Assembly: GCA_000320545.1 (NCBI GenBank)
Contig: ADNK01001581.1
Span: 1 to 48,015 of the forward strand
DNA: 48,015 bases
Direction of reading: 5' to 3'
From: Bigelowiella natans CCMP2755
Lineage: Eukaryota; Protista; Cercozoa
The notes beneath the pieces were generated by a model, which searched no databases, was not told where the DNA came from, and saw only the letters and a program-made list of their open reading frames with translations. This document shows, in pieces, positions 24,101-38,961 of this stretch; the first letter of the stretch is position 1, and every line of letters starts with the position of its first letter. Made by a program: the position numbers and the translations under genes.

Positions 24101-27100
24101 AACCGCCATTTGAGCCACACGATTCGGAAGTTCATGGCCAGGATTAGGGGACATGATCTTCTGAAGGAGAGATAGCACACTGTCACAGCAAGAGAATTCG
24201 TCGGATCTATAGTTTCGAAACAGAACAAACGATTGGAATAAAGCCTCGATGTCGTTTCTGGAGAAGGTTCGGCAAATATCAGAACTTGATATACAACTGG
24301 AAAGAAGAATTGTCGCCACTTTATTTACGCAAGCGAACGACCATGCAAGGTTGGTATTGTGATCATGGTTTTGTGGATTTTCTTTGCCCTCTTCTTCTCC
24401 AGCAAATTTGTCAGCATCTTGGTTCGATGTCAACTCGAATTCGCGATTTTGACATTTTCTCATGAGATGTACCGCCAAATTGTTGCCGTGTTTCAACACC
24501 TGCAAATCATGGAATTGTGAATGGCACAACAATAAGTCGTGAGTGCAACCGCGACCTCAAGCAACTCCGTGATGAGTCCTTTTTCCGTTGCCAACCGTTT
24601 TGAATTACGAATGGACTGTTCTGTTAACAATGGGGAATGAACATTTGATGCAACAACCTTTGTAGGCACACAGAAATGTCGACAAAAACAAAATTATCGA
24701 ATTAAAATTGCAGACCCCATGTTCCGTCGTTTCTTTGTTTTGCACGCTTTGAGTTCAAATCGACACCTTTCAAGCGAAATGTACCGTCTCAAATCAAAAC
24801 ACATGAGCCCATTTCTATGTTGGTTGCTTGCCATGTGCATGTCAAAAAATGATACGAATGCTGAATGCAGAATATGTGATTTTGGTCATGACACTTTTCA
24901 AGTTTTAACGTTCCGCCAAAAAGTTATAGTCCACCTCCGAAGAACTGCAGAAGCTCTAGACAACACATTGTTATTTGCTTGTGCATCAATGCCTGGGCCC
25001 GGCAAAAAATGTTCAATAAAGAATTTGAGACTTGGAAAAATGACGCAAAATGCACGCTTCCATGCTGGTTGTGTAACTAATCAAAAATTTCGAACCAACC
25101 ATGAAGAAAACAAGGTTTGTAAGGTATTTCAAAGGAAAAAATAATGCTTTTTGAATTTTCAAGTTTGTGTGATGGCAAGCCGCTTCATTATGGTCCACTG
25201 AACAATGCGGAGCACCTCTTCTTCCTTTGACATTGTATCTGTTTTGTTGTCACATGGTTGAAACATGCACGGCTAAATCAAGCGAAACACAAACGCGAAA
25301 GTGTGGTGAAAATTGCGATTGCGGACATAAAATGCATAACGTTTAATCGCATGAATATACCTTCGAAATGTTCTCCCGGCTGCTCATTTTTGGCAAAGCT
25401 GTAAAATTCCCACACACCACAACTAGTGGTCATTTTTTTCCTCAAGGGATTTGTCTGTTGAAATCAAATAAATACATTACATCCCGAAGTTTTTAAAAAT
25501 GCCCAAGCTGTACATTGAATTCACTGTGTAGTGACAATGTTGCCTGTTTAGTTGAACCCACTCGATGCATTTTCATGATTTGCCCGATCCGAACGTGCAC
25601 ATTCAGACTTGCCAATATGACTTGCAAACGTTCTCGGACACCTCATGATTGATGCAAATGTGAAAATGTTAGATTTTTCCTTCAATTGAAAAAATGTGTT
25701 TGCTGTAACACTGTACCACCAACAGTGCGTTGCCAAAATACAACTTGCCTCTAGAACCAAAAATGTAAAACTATGTTGCTTTCACACAACTCGCATGTGG
25801 ATGAAAAACAGTAACTAGTTACCCTTGTCAGGAAGCTGCCGTTGTTTTTTGTGTGATTTTGCGCGTTTGAGTTCGCGTGGGGTGATTGAGGCTCCGTGTT
25901 GGCCCATCGGCAACTGATGAGGCGATGAGACTCCGTGTTGGCCCACCGGCAACTGACGTCGAGGATGCACGAAAACGGGGGCATTTAACACTTGCAGACA
26001 AGAAAATGATTTTAAATTTCACAACAACAAAAACCGATAGAAGTTCAACTATGTTTATGCGTAACTTTAGTCGGGGTCAATAAAAAAGAGAATCGGTTCT
26101 TCGGAATAAAATAAATTTATGTTTGGGTTGGTGTCCATCTTCTATGTAGTGGAAAATAAAAAAATATTGCGATCAGTAACCTTTTGTTCAGGCTCAGATT
26201 GGGATGTGTACTTGAGCACTTGTAGCAACTCTTGAAGCACTAGATTGATTGTGGCCCACTTTGTTCTACTGAGACTAGAACTGCAAAAACCATTTTGCCA
26301 TTTTGCAACGTCATGTATATGCTGAAATCAAACCACTGTTTGACACATGCTGACAAAGAATGACTATAGAATTGCTGCATCCAATTCAATAGAGTTTAAA
26401 TTTTGCCTAACACAATCAATTCGCAGACCTCGTGTGGAACTCATTTAATGTGTTACTTTGCTCCTGGAGGTACGCATACACATCATCCAGTGTCTCCAAA
26501 GTCCGGCTGTTAAACAATCCACCCATTTAAAAGATTTCGCGAAATACAGTTAGATATCAGTACCAATTTTTACTGTGCCAGAAAAATATGATAATGCAGC
26601 CACCCAAAATAGAAGGCACATGTGCAACATCTCTGCTTTTGACCCGAAGATCAAAATGAGTTCGAACTTCAGTGAGTTTCGTGTTAATTCTTTACTGCTT
26701 AAAGCGAACATTCAAACTATCTGTTTTCTATTTACACAACTCATACCAGATTCTTCTCCCAACATTTTTTTCAACAACCCGGCTGCTACGTCTCGATCTC
26801 CTTGGCATTGCAGCAAAATCTTTAAGCTAATACAGATGAAAATATGTGATTGTTATAAGAATACACTCTGTGGATGTTGTTTGGTCAAGTAATATCATAC
26901 TTCCATTTCCGCTCGTATGCTACGGGAACGTGACATATCCCTACGAATCCCCTTTATTTTCTAAACAAAGAAACGAATTTAGCTAATGTGAACCAATAAA
27001 ACAATATTTGGAAAAACTTAACCCAACAAAAAGTTAATCGTAAATGCATGGAGTTTCAAATTCGAGCCCGAATCTAGACCAGAAATCATACCCTTTTAGT

Positions 27101-30100
27101 CTCAAATCTTTTTAGGTGGGATTTGTTATCTGAAATGTTCAGAAGCAATAAATTACTACCACATAAAAAGTATCATTTTTTCCTACAACATTTTACGAAC
27201 GAATGTACGAAACTATTTTAATGATAGAAATGTCAGGCTTGGTTTGTGCTATCAGGCTACAATCAATTTCTGAAGTGGTAGAAGAATTAGGTGATATACA
27301 CTTGACACAACAAATTCGATTCAACCCAAAAAAAATGATGTTGGACATATGCCAGTCATGAAGTTAATCACATTTCTGTACCTTCTTCAGGCTGGATATT
27401 CCAGTTTTTTAATATTAGTTTGACGTAACTCAAAACTATTTTGAGAACATGTTGCTGTGTTATGGCCTTCCAGACTCTGTAATGAAGAAGGGAGATATGG
27501 AATAAAGAAAATTTTGCAGAGGTTTGTACATTTATGGTATATAAATTATTTAAACATTTAACATTTATTTTTATTTTTTACCCTAGATTTGTCCTTTCTC
27601 CAATTTTCAAATCTCCACTTAAAAAGTCAAAGACGATTTCATCAACTTCCTTTGCTGTAATAAGTTCAGATTTCCTAATTTCCTCGTTCATCTGATTGAG
27701 ATGCCACGGCCATATTTCCACAAATATAAGCTCAGATATACAAAATTGAATATGATGGAATAAAATAAATATCAAATCACTATATTTTGTTTTTATTTGT
27801 TGAAACAATTACATATTGACATTAAAATTGTAAAAAAATGCAAACAAAGAATTCATATATGCCAAACTAAACTACCATGTCAATGGGTGAAGGAGAATTT
27901 TTTTCCCCTACAACTGCATGTATTAAAAAAAATAACGGGCAATGATATCCAAATAAAATGGATTTTCTAATTTGAAGCTGCACCATTTCTTCCATTTTTG
28001 AGTAGATAAGCGACTCGTCAGTATGATCCATCAACCCCTTCATCTGAGGGAAACGAGATAATGGGGATGTAAAGATGCAATGTAGAATTATTTTAAGAGG
28101 TAAATTCTACTTGTAAGTTAGGAGAGGAGACACATTATTGTAAAATATCTCGCTATCACTTTTTGTCGAAGTCTTAAAAGAAAAATGATGCCCAATGTTA
28201 AACATTGAACAGAGAATGGCATCCAACCTGCATGGAGATATGCCGAAAGTGTTCTACAACATCGACTCTATGTATTTTCAATGAAAAAAACAGGTCTTAG
28301 ATTCACACACCATACATGTAAATTTCATTTCATTTGTTTATAGTTTAAAACCACCAATATCACCAGAGGCATGGGTTACATTTTTCAACTTTTTTTCTCA
28401 GTATAATTATCTTACCCGTGATACGAGTGGCGAGATAACTTTGATAGTACTGGATCCACATACAACACGCGGCTCACCTTTTAATTTAAAATATCACTTA
28501 TCTTACAGCAACCGATGCACAGACATTAAAGTATCAAATGGTTGAAACTGGTAAGTTCGTAGCTATCACATTCTTTCTATGCATAGTAACTAAAGCCAAA
28601 ATTAAATAAACATCTCATTTACCACTTTTTCTGACTACGCATCGCCGATTTTAAATGAATACCTCGATTAGATTTCTCTTTATTCGAATGAGCATTAATT
28701 TCCAGCGTTTGTCCAGTAAATTTGTAGCGTCTTTATTACAGAATGGTTCAGACACAGCATTCAATCTTAATTCGATAAAAACGAGAATTCACAATACTCA
28801 TGAAATTTGTCATTACAATGCCATTGAGTTTTAAAACAATTTTGGGCATGATAGTATATAAATTCATCTATCATTACGACGAATCCAATCTCAACGTCAT
28901 CAAAATATAGAAAAAAAACGTATTCCATAAGAATATTTATCTTTTAGAATTAGAAACCCACAACAATGTTACCAGTGTCATTTGTTTCGACTTCTTTCAA
29001 TTTCCTATCAATATCTTGAATCTGAGTTACATCGTAAAGAAAGTTATAACGTGAACATAATGGCTGCGAAAAAATGTGTATAACGAAGGTATAGTTAGAT
29101 AAAACCATTGATCTAATCTCCTCCTTTCTGAGCATTTTCCGCAAATGAATCGATGTTATTGCATTACCGACAACAATACCTGACCACAAGGGAAGACATT
29201 CTTAGAAAATAACATTCTGTAAGTCGCATTGCATCTTAATTACCTCGTACAAGCCACAAACATCCTCTAAAGTATTCTAAGGCCTCTCCGGATTTGCGTC
29301 GAGCTTCGGCTAGTTTCTTATCAACTTCCGCTGAAACATTCTTTTTGGAGTCTGCATGCCTCATACTACTCTTTTGGTCACGTTGTACGTCTAATAATGT
29401 TGTAATATGCATGGAATTCTTTGTGTTAAACTTGTTTAAATGCTAATATCATACTGGTGAGGCACATTTGATTGATGTTTTGCCAACACAGATATTAAAC
29501 AGCAGAAAATGAAACAGCCGTTCGAACTTAGGAATCCAAATTATTTTTTATTGAAAGAAAACAAGAAACAAATGAATGCTTATCGTTCGATTCTAAAAAG
29601 AATAGCATCCATATAAATCTTAATATTATTTTCTTCCGTTGATCGAGACATTAAGGTCCGGTTACTTTATAGTCTTGATTAGAATATTTTCACTTTGGCT
29701 TTCGATTTAACGACAAATCTTCTCATACCTTCAACGTGTCGAGGATGGAAATCAGGTACCCAGTCCCAGAAATTGTGACTTTCAGAAAGCGTAATGGCGA
29801 AAGACTGTATAATGTATTTACAAAATTTACTTCATTTTTTGGTTACTCCACTTCACTTGTAAGATATTCAAAAAATTTACATAAAATTTAGTATTGAAAA
29901 TATTGATTCTACCATGAGTTACAATTATCACTATGGATAAAGGGGAAACAACTCTTAAGTGATGGAACAGCCGATTGATAGATATGTAAATGTTGTGTTA
30001 TTAGATTCACATTTTGAGTATAAATCATGTTGTGGTTCGTATTTATCCACATTATAGGATTATACTACTAAAGAAATAACCCATGGTATGTACCTCTCCA

Positions 30101-31004
30101 TGATTGAAACTGTACGACTGTGATTTCTAAGTTTTGCGGATTTGAAAATGAGCGATACTAAATTTTACTTCGAGATAGCAAAAATACTGTTGAATACAAA
30201 TTTCTTCATGTTTACCAACATTTTTTTCACCTATTTCAGTTTTATCAGATTTCAACGAACATGTTATATTATACAAATAATTTAGCACATTAATAGGGAA
30301 AACAAGACTAGTTTACACGACTGAGAAGTGCCATTGCCACACAAAACGCAGAAAAAATTACACAATCCACAACAACATAATGAATATGTAAAATACAAAA
30401 ACCTTATCCAAGACATTCTTGTGGTTGTGCATTAAGTCTTCAGGTTTCCTAACGGAGATTTTAAGAACAATGATTTAATGCTTGCGGTAAAAGGCTCTTA
30501 CTGTATGATAACATCTCTCATTATATGATTAATGAATCGAATAAAAATATTATCACGTGTAATTCACACAATCCTAAATCCATTTAAATGCATGTTTACA
30601 TAGTTCCAAATATTTATGTTAGATGCTCTGAATTTGTTTTTTAAATTCATGATGAGAAGGGAAAAGTTAGGTATGTAATTACGCAAACTCTGTAGCACCA
30701 GGTGGTTGTCCAACCTTAATTTTAACTCCAACAACTAATTCAATGCAAAAAGTCATTACAGACGTTCGTAACACTATTGGAGAAAGCCAGTACACTACAT
30801 TTGTGCCAAAACATCGACATACCATGTAAGACCAACTGTCGCCTATCATATTGCTTCCCCTTTTTATTCATATTTCTTCATGACATACATACCATTATCA
30901 AAACAATCATCGTTGATGCTGCTCCTGATTTTCCCTTTTTCCAATATTGGTACCAGCCTGACACGCAGGTAAGTACATTTGGCTTTCTCATGCATTTGTT
31001 GTTA

Positions 31005-31045
<41 letters not shown>

Positions 31046-34000
31046 AGGAATTATAAATAGCTCTTATAGACTCATGCTGATGATTTCGGGTCCCAAATAG
31101 GAACATATAAACCCTGACTCAACCGTCATTTCTTTGAAAAATTAATATGTTAAAGCAACTTTTACGAAAATAATTTTTTCATGGTTTTATTGTAACTTGA
31201 AATGAAATTACCTTCCGTATCCACGCGAAAGCAATGAGGATTCGCTCCAAAAGAACATCTTAAAAATTTCCTGTTGATTGGTTTCTATGTGGACCTGTAA
31301 GAGTTGCCATAAATGAACGAAACATTTTCTAATATGGCCAGACGCCAAGGTTTCGTTTGATTCGCTCTATTTAAATCCTAACATTTTTTTTAAATCCAAA
31401 AGTAAAAACAATATTCTTACATTGCCGTATTCGCAAAATACTGTAACAAAGTCTGGAATTTTTTTCCAAACCTAACGATCAAACAAATATGCGCTTTAAT
31501 TCTCGACGTACTCGAAAACATTAACTTACACACGCATGAAGAAGAAAACATGATATAGCTACTAGTTCAATAGATTTTCGACATGATCCAGGAACGACTA
31601 CAACCAATTTTGCAATAGTAGCACGGATTGATATTTGAAGATATCAAAATTAAGATCTGACTAGGGTGATAACCGTTTCAAAATTCCACATCATGAGCCG
31701 AACAAGATGATTGTGCCATCCATGTACAATGCAACTCCTAAAAAAATACAGTTCTATTACATTTTTTATATCTGGGAGTCTGTGTACGAGCATGGTAAAA
31801 TATATGAACTAACTTTTTAGAAGTCTCCGAGTTAGTACTTTCTTCCTTGAATTCACTTTCTTCATCACTGCGGGTTTCTCTAAGAGATGCACCATCAATC
31901 ACATAGCAAATAGCCACCATATATTAGCTTAACGTTCAAGAATACTGTGTTATACACATAAAATAATGAATTACAAGAAATAATGATTGCACGACATGTC
32001 CGAAGTGCATGGCACTTATCCATAGTTCCAAGTTTCATATTCAATTTCGCAAACCTTGTGAAAAGTAACTTTCTGTTGTCTTTGTAAAGATAACGGATTT
32101 GCTCCAGGAGGATATTCGCCTTTGATAATAATTTTTGGTAATAATTATGCCGAAATCAAACTAAAATAAATCTGAAAAACATCAATAATTACAATATAAA
32201 CATAAAAATTGTCCCACTATATCAATATGCAAGTACTAGTTTAGATTCTCCTTCGGTAACGAGCCAGTCCCAGATATATGTTAGATATCTAAGTTATGGT
32301 TAATCTTACAGAAACGTAATCCAAAATTCTATCAACTTTTCAACTTTTCAATTTCAGTGTCACTAAATTATGATTTGACATGGACTGAAAAAAGGTCAAT
32401 CGGTGTGGTCATAGCATTCGTGCACTTCGTGCACAACTTAATGTTGAGTTTCCAAAATAACAACGCACATTCATTCGTATACAACCTTTGTCCTGCATTG
32501 TTGTTATTGTTTCGATTGCTGCAAAATCTCTTTGCCACCTGACCAAAAATAAGTGTGCATATGCCATATAGTTTTGTATTGCATTTGTTGACACTTCTTA
32601 ATGTAGTTTCTCATAGTAGTGTCTCATATTCATTTTTTAACTTAAAATAGTTCATATGACATACGTAAGTCTTCATTGATTCGTTCATCCAGGCCATCAA
32701 TTTGAAGAGGTGTAAAATCTGTTCCATAACACGATTAGAAAAATAAAAGTGCTTTTGTTAAACACGTTAAATGCATAACTCGATCCAGTGCTAGTCAAAT
32801 TCTCACTTCCGTTATAATGTTTATCACTAATTGCAGTTTAAAATAGTGCATTGTTTACAAAATACAATTAGAAACTAACTTTTTATCAAAGTGAATATCT
32901 CTAACATTTGTCCCAATGATTCAGAAATAAATCAGATGTGCATCAAAGTAACTAAAACGTGCTCTATGAGAGTATATTTAATATCAGGTAAAGTTCTTCT
33001 GACCAAATAAGATAATAATACTTTACAACTAAGACGTCAAATTGAAACACTTACCGTACATATCAGCTCCGTGGTTATTCGGGTTATTCTTCTTAAGTGC
33101 GCAATCAACTAAAACATTTACCAATTGTACGAAACATGTGTTAAAACTTCGAAAAACCTTTTTTTTTTCTGAAATGGGATTGAGGTATAGAAAATACACT
33201 CATTACAATACTTTGTTGCTTTGATATTCTTTCAGATCTTTTTTGCCAGTCTATAAGTAACACAATAATGTCAAATGGCATGTATGATTATTGTCATTAG
33301 ATAACGAAGATATATTGGAATCCAAAAAGCAGTATTTACTAATTAAAGTTTAAAAAAGTTGTTTTAATTAAATATTGTTTGCACGCAAAAGGAGCGTTTT
33401 AGTATTTACCTTCATTCCATCCTTACCCCACTTCCATTTGGGCTTTTGGATCTATTTATTTTGTCAATGAAGAAGGAAGTCCGCTTCAAATTTGATTCTT
33501 TTTTTTTCTCTTATTGGTAACAAAAGACTTTTCAAGATATACAACAGACAGCCAGCATGATTGTAATGTTGCTTCTGAGACGGAAAAACAAAAATCTCTT
33601 GTACGTATACTAGGCTTTTTAGTTGGAAATTTGTAAACCAACAAAATGTCTACCGTTTTTTTGCGTCTTTTTTTTTTCGAAAATGACATGTCTGTTTAAT
33701 CAAACGATAAAGTTAGCAATCCTGCATGCATATTTGCTAAAATAAATAAGCCTGTGTAACTAGGACAAATCAACAACGTAAATCCATGGTGGATAAAATT
33801 GATCACAAAATTAGAGACCCTAAGTTAAAAATGTCAAATTATTATAAATAGGACTTCAATTTCAAACCTTCTTCTGTCCTTAGAGATAGCCTACCTTTTT
33901 TGTCTTCAGACATTTTACAATAGAGTTTAACTGTCTTTTCGTACAACCTGATATACCAAGGCCATAATGTTTGTAGAGTGTCGACAAGTATTAACAATAA

Positions 34001-37000
34001 TCCAGAAAATAAAACTGTACTAGACATATGTTACTTTCCAAATTGAACGTAGGATGCATCTCCATAGGCGTTTTGTGTCGTCTTATTCGAATCTTTATTG
34101 AATACACAATCTTGAGTCATTGCAAATTTAAAAAAATATGCTCTAACGCGTAAAATTGGTTCGAGGAAGACACAACATAAATATTCCACAACAAAAATGA
34201 GACCTCATATAAAAATCGGACAACGGTGTGTTCCAACTATATTGTTTTGTTACTTCCTTCTAGACGCTGCTTCTCGTCTGGCTTTGCAAGCTTATTGGTG
34301 TATTATTTTAACATTACAATATATAAATGCGGGGAATATGAAGTAAATATGATGAGATGAACAAGAAAATTAGAACGAGAGAAGAAGAGAGAGGAAAAAT
34401 ACGAAAAAAATAAAAAGATCAAAAAGATAAATATCAATAGCACCATCAGGAAATATACCTTTATTTTAGGACGAAATTTTGGATCCGTTGTTTTCGGTTT
34501 CATCTGTTACACAATATAAATTTGTAATCAGGTTAAGGAGGCCAATCGCTAACATAGTTCAATCTTGCAAGTGGAATATTTTTATTTTCAGTACTCTTCT
34601 GCGTCTAAAAATCTCTTTCACTGTGCGCAAAAGTTAAATATAAATGGTACCAAAAACTTTTCTTCCTTGGGCCTTGGGCCTAAATGTAAAGTACACACAG
34701 ATTAAACGAATGTTACTCATATGAAGGGACATACATCTGTGCGTCAAGCAATGTGTACATAATGTACATTATGGGAAAAACCCTGGCCAAAGCAAAAATT
34801 GATGAAATTAATTATGGTCTCGTAGTTGTTATAAACTGTCGCTATTTTTTTGGAACCGGCTCTTTGGGCTAGAATCGCAATTTCTCGGACAAACTTGTAT
34901 TCTGGATTTTGGTTCGCCTTGAAATTAAACCAGTTCCGTCATAATGAGAAGGTGCAAAAAAAATAGGCAAATTTACTGCGTAAAAAATATGGTGATCAGT
35001 AATACTAAAGTAGTATATTCCGATCCAATCTATTTCACATTATCTCAATGTATTTTAAGTTTTTACTTGTTATTTCTAGTTATTCTCGAAATACAATACC
35101 TTAATGAGGAGACAATTGCATGACTCCGTGAGGATGGTGTTTGTTGGAATACGAAATCCAACCTGACAGGGAATCCCAAGCGGAAACTTAAAAGTCAGAA
35201 TCGAAAAAAAAATTGCATGAAAAACTAAAAAAACACGTCACCTGTTTCGTACTACACAAGACGTTTTTAGTTCATGATTATCACAAATAAATCGGCAAAA
35301 CCTCAGATCGCTACCTTGGTGCCAAGATCCACGGCGGTGATCAGTTCGTCCGTTGACTTCTCCCGATCCTCGTCACTGTATTTTGATGGACTGTTCCCGG
35401 TTTTTCTCGATTTTGAATCTGAAAAGATGTGAATCAAATGAGTAACATATGCAGCATAAATTTTGAAAGACGTGTATCGTCAATCTGTAAACAAAGTCAT
35501 TATGATCCGTCTCCTATTCAGATAACTCAACTTGGGATATAACCATCTCGTAAGTGTTCCCGTAGTATTGGTGATGTCGATACAAACGCATGCTTCGATT
35601 GCGAGTCAAGCAAAATCGATTACGAGCCGAGCAAATTATATAATTTGAGTGTTCTAGATATTGCAAAAAGAAACCGGGAAAAGACAACACCTGATTCGAC
35701 CCTTCCATGGCTTAAGTCATAGTTCTCCTACAGGAACAGTCAGAATCGAAATAATAAACAATATGTTATCATATACTAATCAATTAGAGTATTTAACCTT
35801 AGCCTGTATCATTATTTTAAGGGCTAGCTTTTCTCGCAGCAGTCGTCCTCTTTCTAGAAGCTCCAAGGAGATCTTCGTACACATCAAAATGCAATAATAC
35901 GCAAAAAATTGTTATTATACGCGAAAAAATGTTTGCAATTATAAGTTGACCACGTACAAAATTAGGTACATATATTATTTGTCATCATGCAAATTTCTAT
36001 ACTTTATACCATATATTCTTATATACTTATGTGCATATTTTAATAAATACACATATGTATGTTATATTGTCTGTTCGCAATCGATTAACCCTATTCGCTT
36101 ACATTCAATGTACCTTGAAAATGTTCATACTGACAACTTGCTTTTGCACCAGTTTATTTGGTGTCCCTCTTCTTTTACCAATGTTCTGAGGATCCTGGGA
36201 TAAATGTGATGCAAATTAAATATCACTAAATATAGTATACAGAATATTAAATGTCTTCGTAAAGTGCATTTTTTTTTTGTATCCATGTCTCTGTAAATTG
36301 CTGTAACCTCAGTTATTTCGTCCGTGGTTGATATTGCCAGATTTCTTAGAACGCTAATTCCTGAGATATAAGAGTCTAATTTGTAGCCCTGATTTCTCTC
36401 ACGCGCTTTCTCTCGCTCGTTCTCGTAAACATATGATTCAACTTATAAAAGTAGTAGTAATAGACACAAAATGCGTTAACTTATCATACATTCAGTGTGA
36501 TTGTGTGCCGAAAAATGTAGTTACTAATCCAAATATACCAACATGCAGATATTAGGATTACGTATGCCTGTACCGCTATGAACATCAGCTTCGTATCTTT
36601 CCAAAACCGACTTTTGGATATTTCCATTCAGAACCTCTTTCCAAAGACCGTTTTTTTCCCACAACTTAAATGCGTAATCAAAATATAAACTGTTAATTTT
36701 CGTCCTATTCTAGGCATCAGATTCATTTTTTAAAAAATAACATTAATAAGTGGTTCCAATGATACGCCGACTTCTTCTATCAGAAGATTTACCAAATTAA
36801 TCTCGATTGTTTAATTAAGAAATGCAAATATTTGATTCTCACACTTATCCAACTAGATGGTTTTATCTCCAACAATCATTTGTATTTTTTCCGCACAACC
36901 GGTTTGTCTTTTTAAATGTTACCTCGCGCCTGAAGTATGTTCCCAAGAGCCTTAATATCTTCTGCTGACGGTACCTGCAATACCACGGGTTTTTTGGCAA

Positions 37001-38437
37001 CTAATTTAAGTACTAATGTTGTATAATTCCTTGTATTGACAATTTATTTGCTCCAAAGACAATTTACCACGCCGAATAAAACATTTCGGTATGCTCAGCG
37101 TCTAGAAGGCCGAACTCGTAAACATCCTCCCAGTTTTCGTGACTAACAAGATGCAGAACACAATGTTGGCCACGCCTTATTCAAACGACCATGCATACAA
37201 TATGATAAAATACTTACAAAAGGTAACAGCAAAATAATGTCCGCCTATCACCTTGACTTCTCGAGCAGGGTAACGACCAAGTCTTTGTGGGTATCATCAC
37301 TGTTTTGGCTCAAAGTGCTCGATGTCTCTCGTTTTTGGTGCGAGAGCCAATACCATCGATGGGGTTTCGATGAAACGCTTCTGTATAACCTTCGGACTGT
37401 TCCTAAATGGCAATTGCAGCGAGATGTATAATTGTGTGTATCTGCTTGAGTCTCTCGTCCAATTGTATTTTGAGGGAAATCATGTATTCGTGAGAAAACC
37501 AGAATTTTAGTTTGTAATAGTAAACACACATTTTTGAAGAATTTCATGGCTACCATCTGCGCTCGGTGATTTCATATCATCGGCATGCATCTCATTAGAG
37601 GTAGAAGACGAGAAGAATAAATCCCTGCGTCACAATAAACCAGGATGAGTGAAACGATTTTTACGAATTTAATTGCGGTATTGCTGCCAGTTTGTTAACC
37701 TTACTCCAATGTGGTAGGTGAGCTACTCTCACCCTATTTCTCAGTGACTATCAAACGTCGTGAATACACATAAACACCTAAGTCGAGCAGCGTTGTCGCC
37801 CTCCCGCACACTCATATAGACCAACGATTTGTTGTGGACCACATTCTACGCACACATTCAAGATACACACCATATGGAACATATTAGACACCTCCGTATT
37901 TAGCAATAAACGTTTGTAAAATTCTATTGCAAGATTCTTAGTTGTCACCAACCTGACTATCAGACTCCGAATTCCTTCTGCTCTTGACCCCTCGCCCATT
38001 TCCACCGCTATGCCCCCCTTGCATCCGTAACCGGAAAATCGCCTCGAATAATACATTCGTCAGTTCCATGTACCATCGAGGTGTGTACATCAAAGGTCAT
38101 AAATGTAAAGCAAGTAAAGCAATATATCGACTTATCTTAGGCTCAATTCCCCATCAGTTTTTAAATCTGCAAAAAAAATGCCTGAACTATGAGATATTAC
38201 CGCAGCCCGGGGATCTTCAGTCAGTGCCCATGTCGATGTGCTTCCATCCATATGGCTAAGGAGAGAAAGAGAGTGAGAGCGAGAGAGAGAGAGAGAGAGA
38301 GAGCGAGAAGAGAGCGAGAGAGGGGGGGTAAGAAAGAGCAGTACCAACAGTAACAAACTTTTGATCAAACAAAAAGTACGGAAAGAAAAGAGGCACAGAA
38401 TAGAAAAGAGGCACAGAATATATTTATATAAATATAA

Positions 38438-38479
<42 letters not shown>

Positions 38480-38924
38480 TTTTAATGAATTTGCACATTG
38501 TATTTGGGTGAGAGTGTGATTATACATACAGCTTCGAATCGGCCTGAGAGTAGGCGGGGTTGATTGCAATTGCCAGGTACAGTCCTTCATTATTCACAAG
38601 GTCAATCGCGACAAAAAACGGTGGCTTATACATAGTCACCACTGTTAGAAACAGCCTTCATGTCCTATTCTATCTCCCGGTGCAGCCCACCCAGCCGCTT
38701 TTTAAATGTAGTTCCTGATTACCCGTCAGCTTATTCCTAAGAATGCAGTCGCATCTGTGACGTCCTTGGATCGTTGAGCTTTCTGCCGTATTCCATTTGA
38801 ATAGCCCTCCGTCTCTCCACCTTATGAAGTGTGGAATAGCGTACAGTTTTTATGCACAGATTATGTTTCTTAGTCGAGCACATTGTTGATATACCATTTG
38901 ACGTTAGGGAGAATGTGAGAAGGA

Positions 38925-38961
<37 letters not shown>

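Noticed and set aside
21086-24532. 1148-aa ORF as a stand-alone gene, transposon or viral insert
   Set aside because: It has no RT/transposase/capsid motifs, carries IP3R homology blocks, and splices in phase to the RIH-associated exon.
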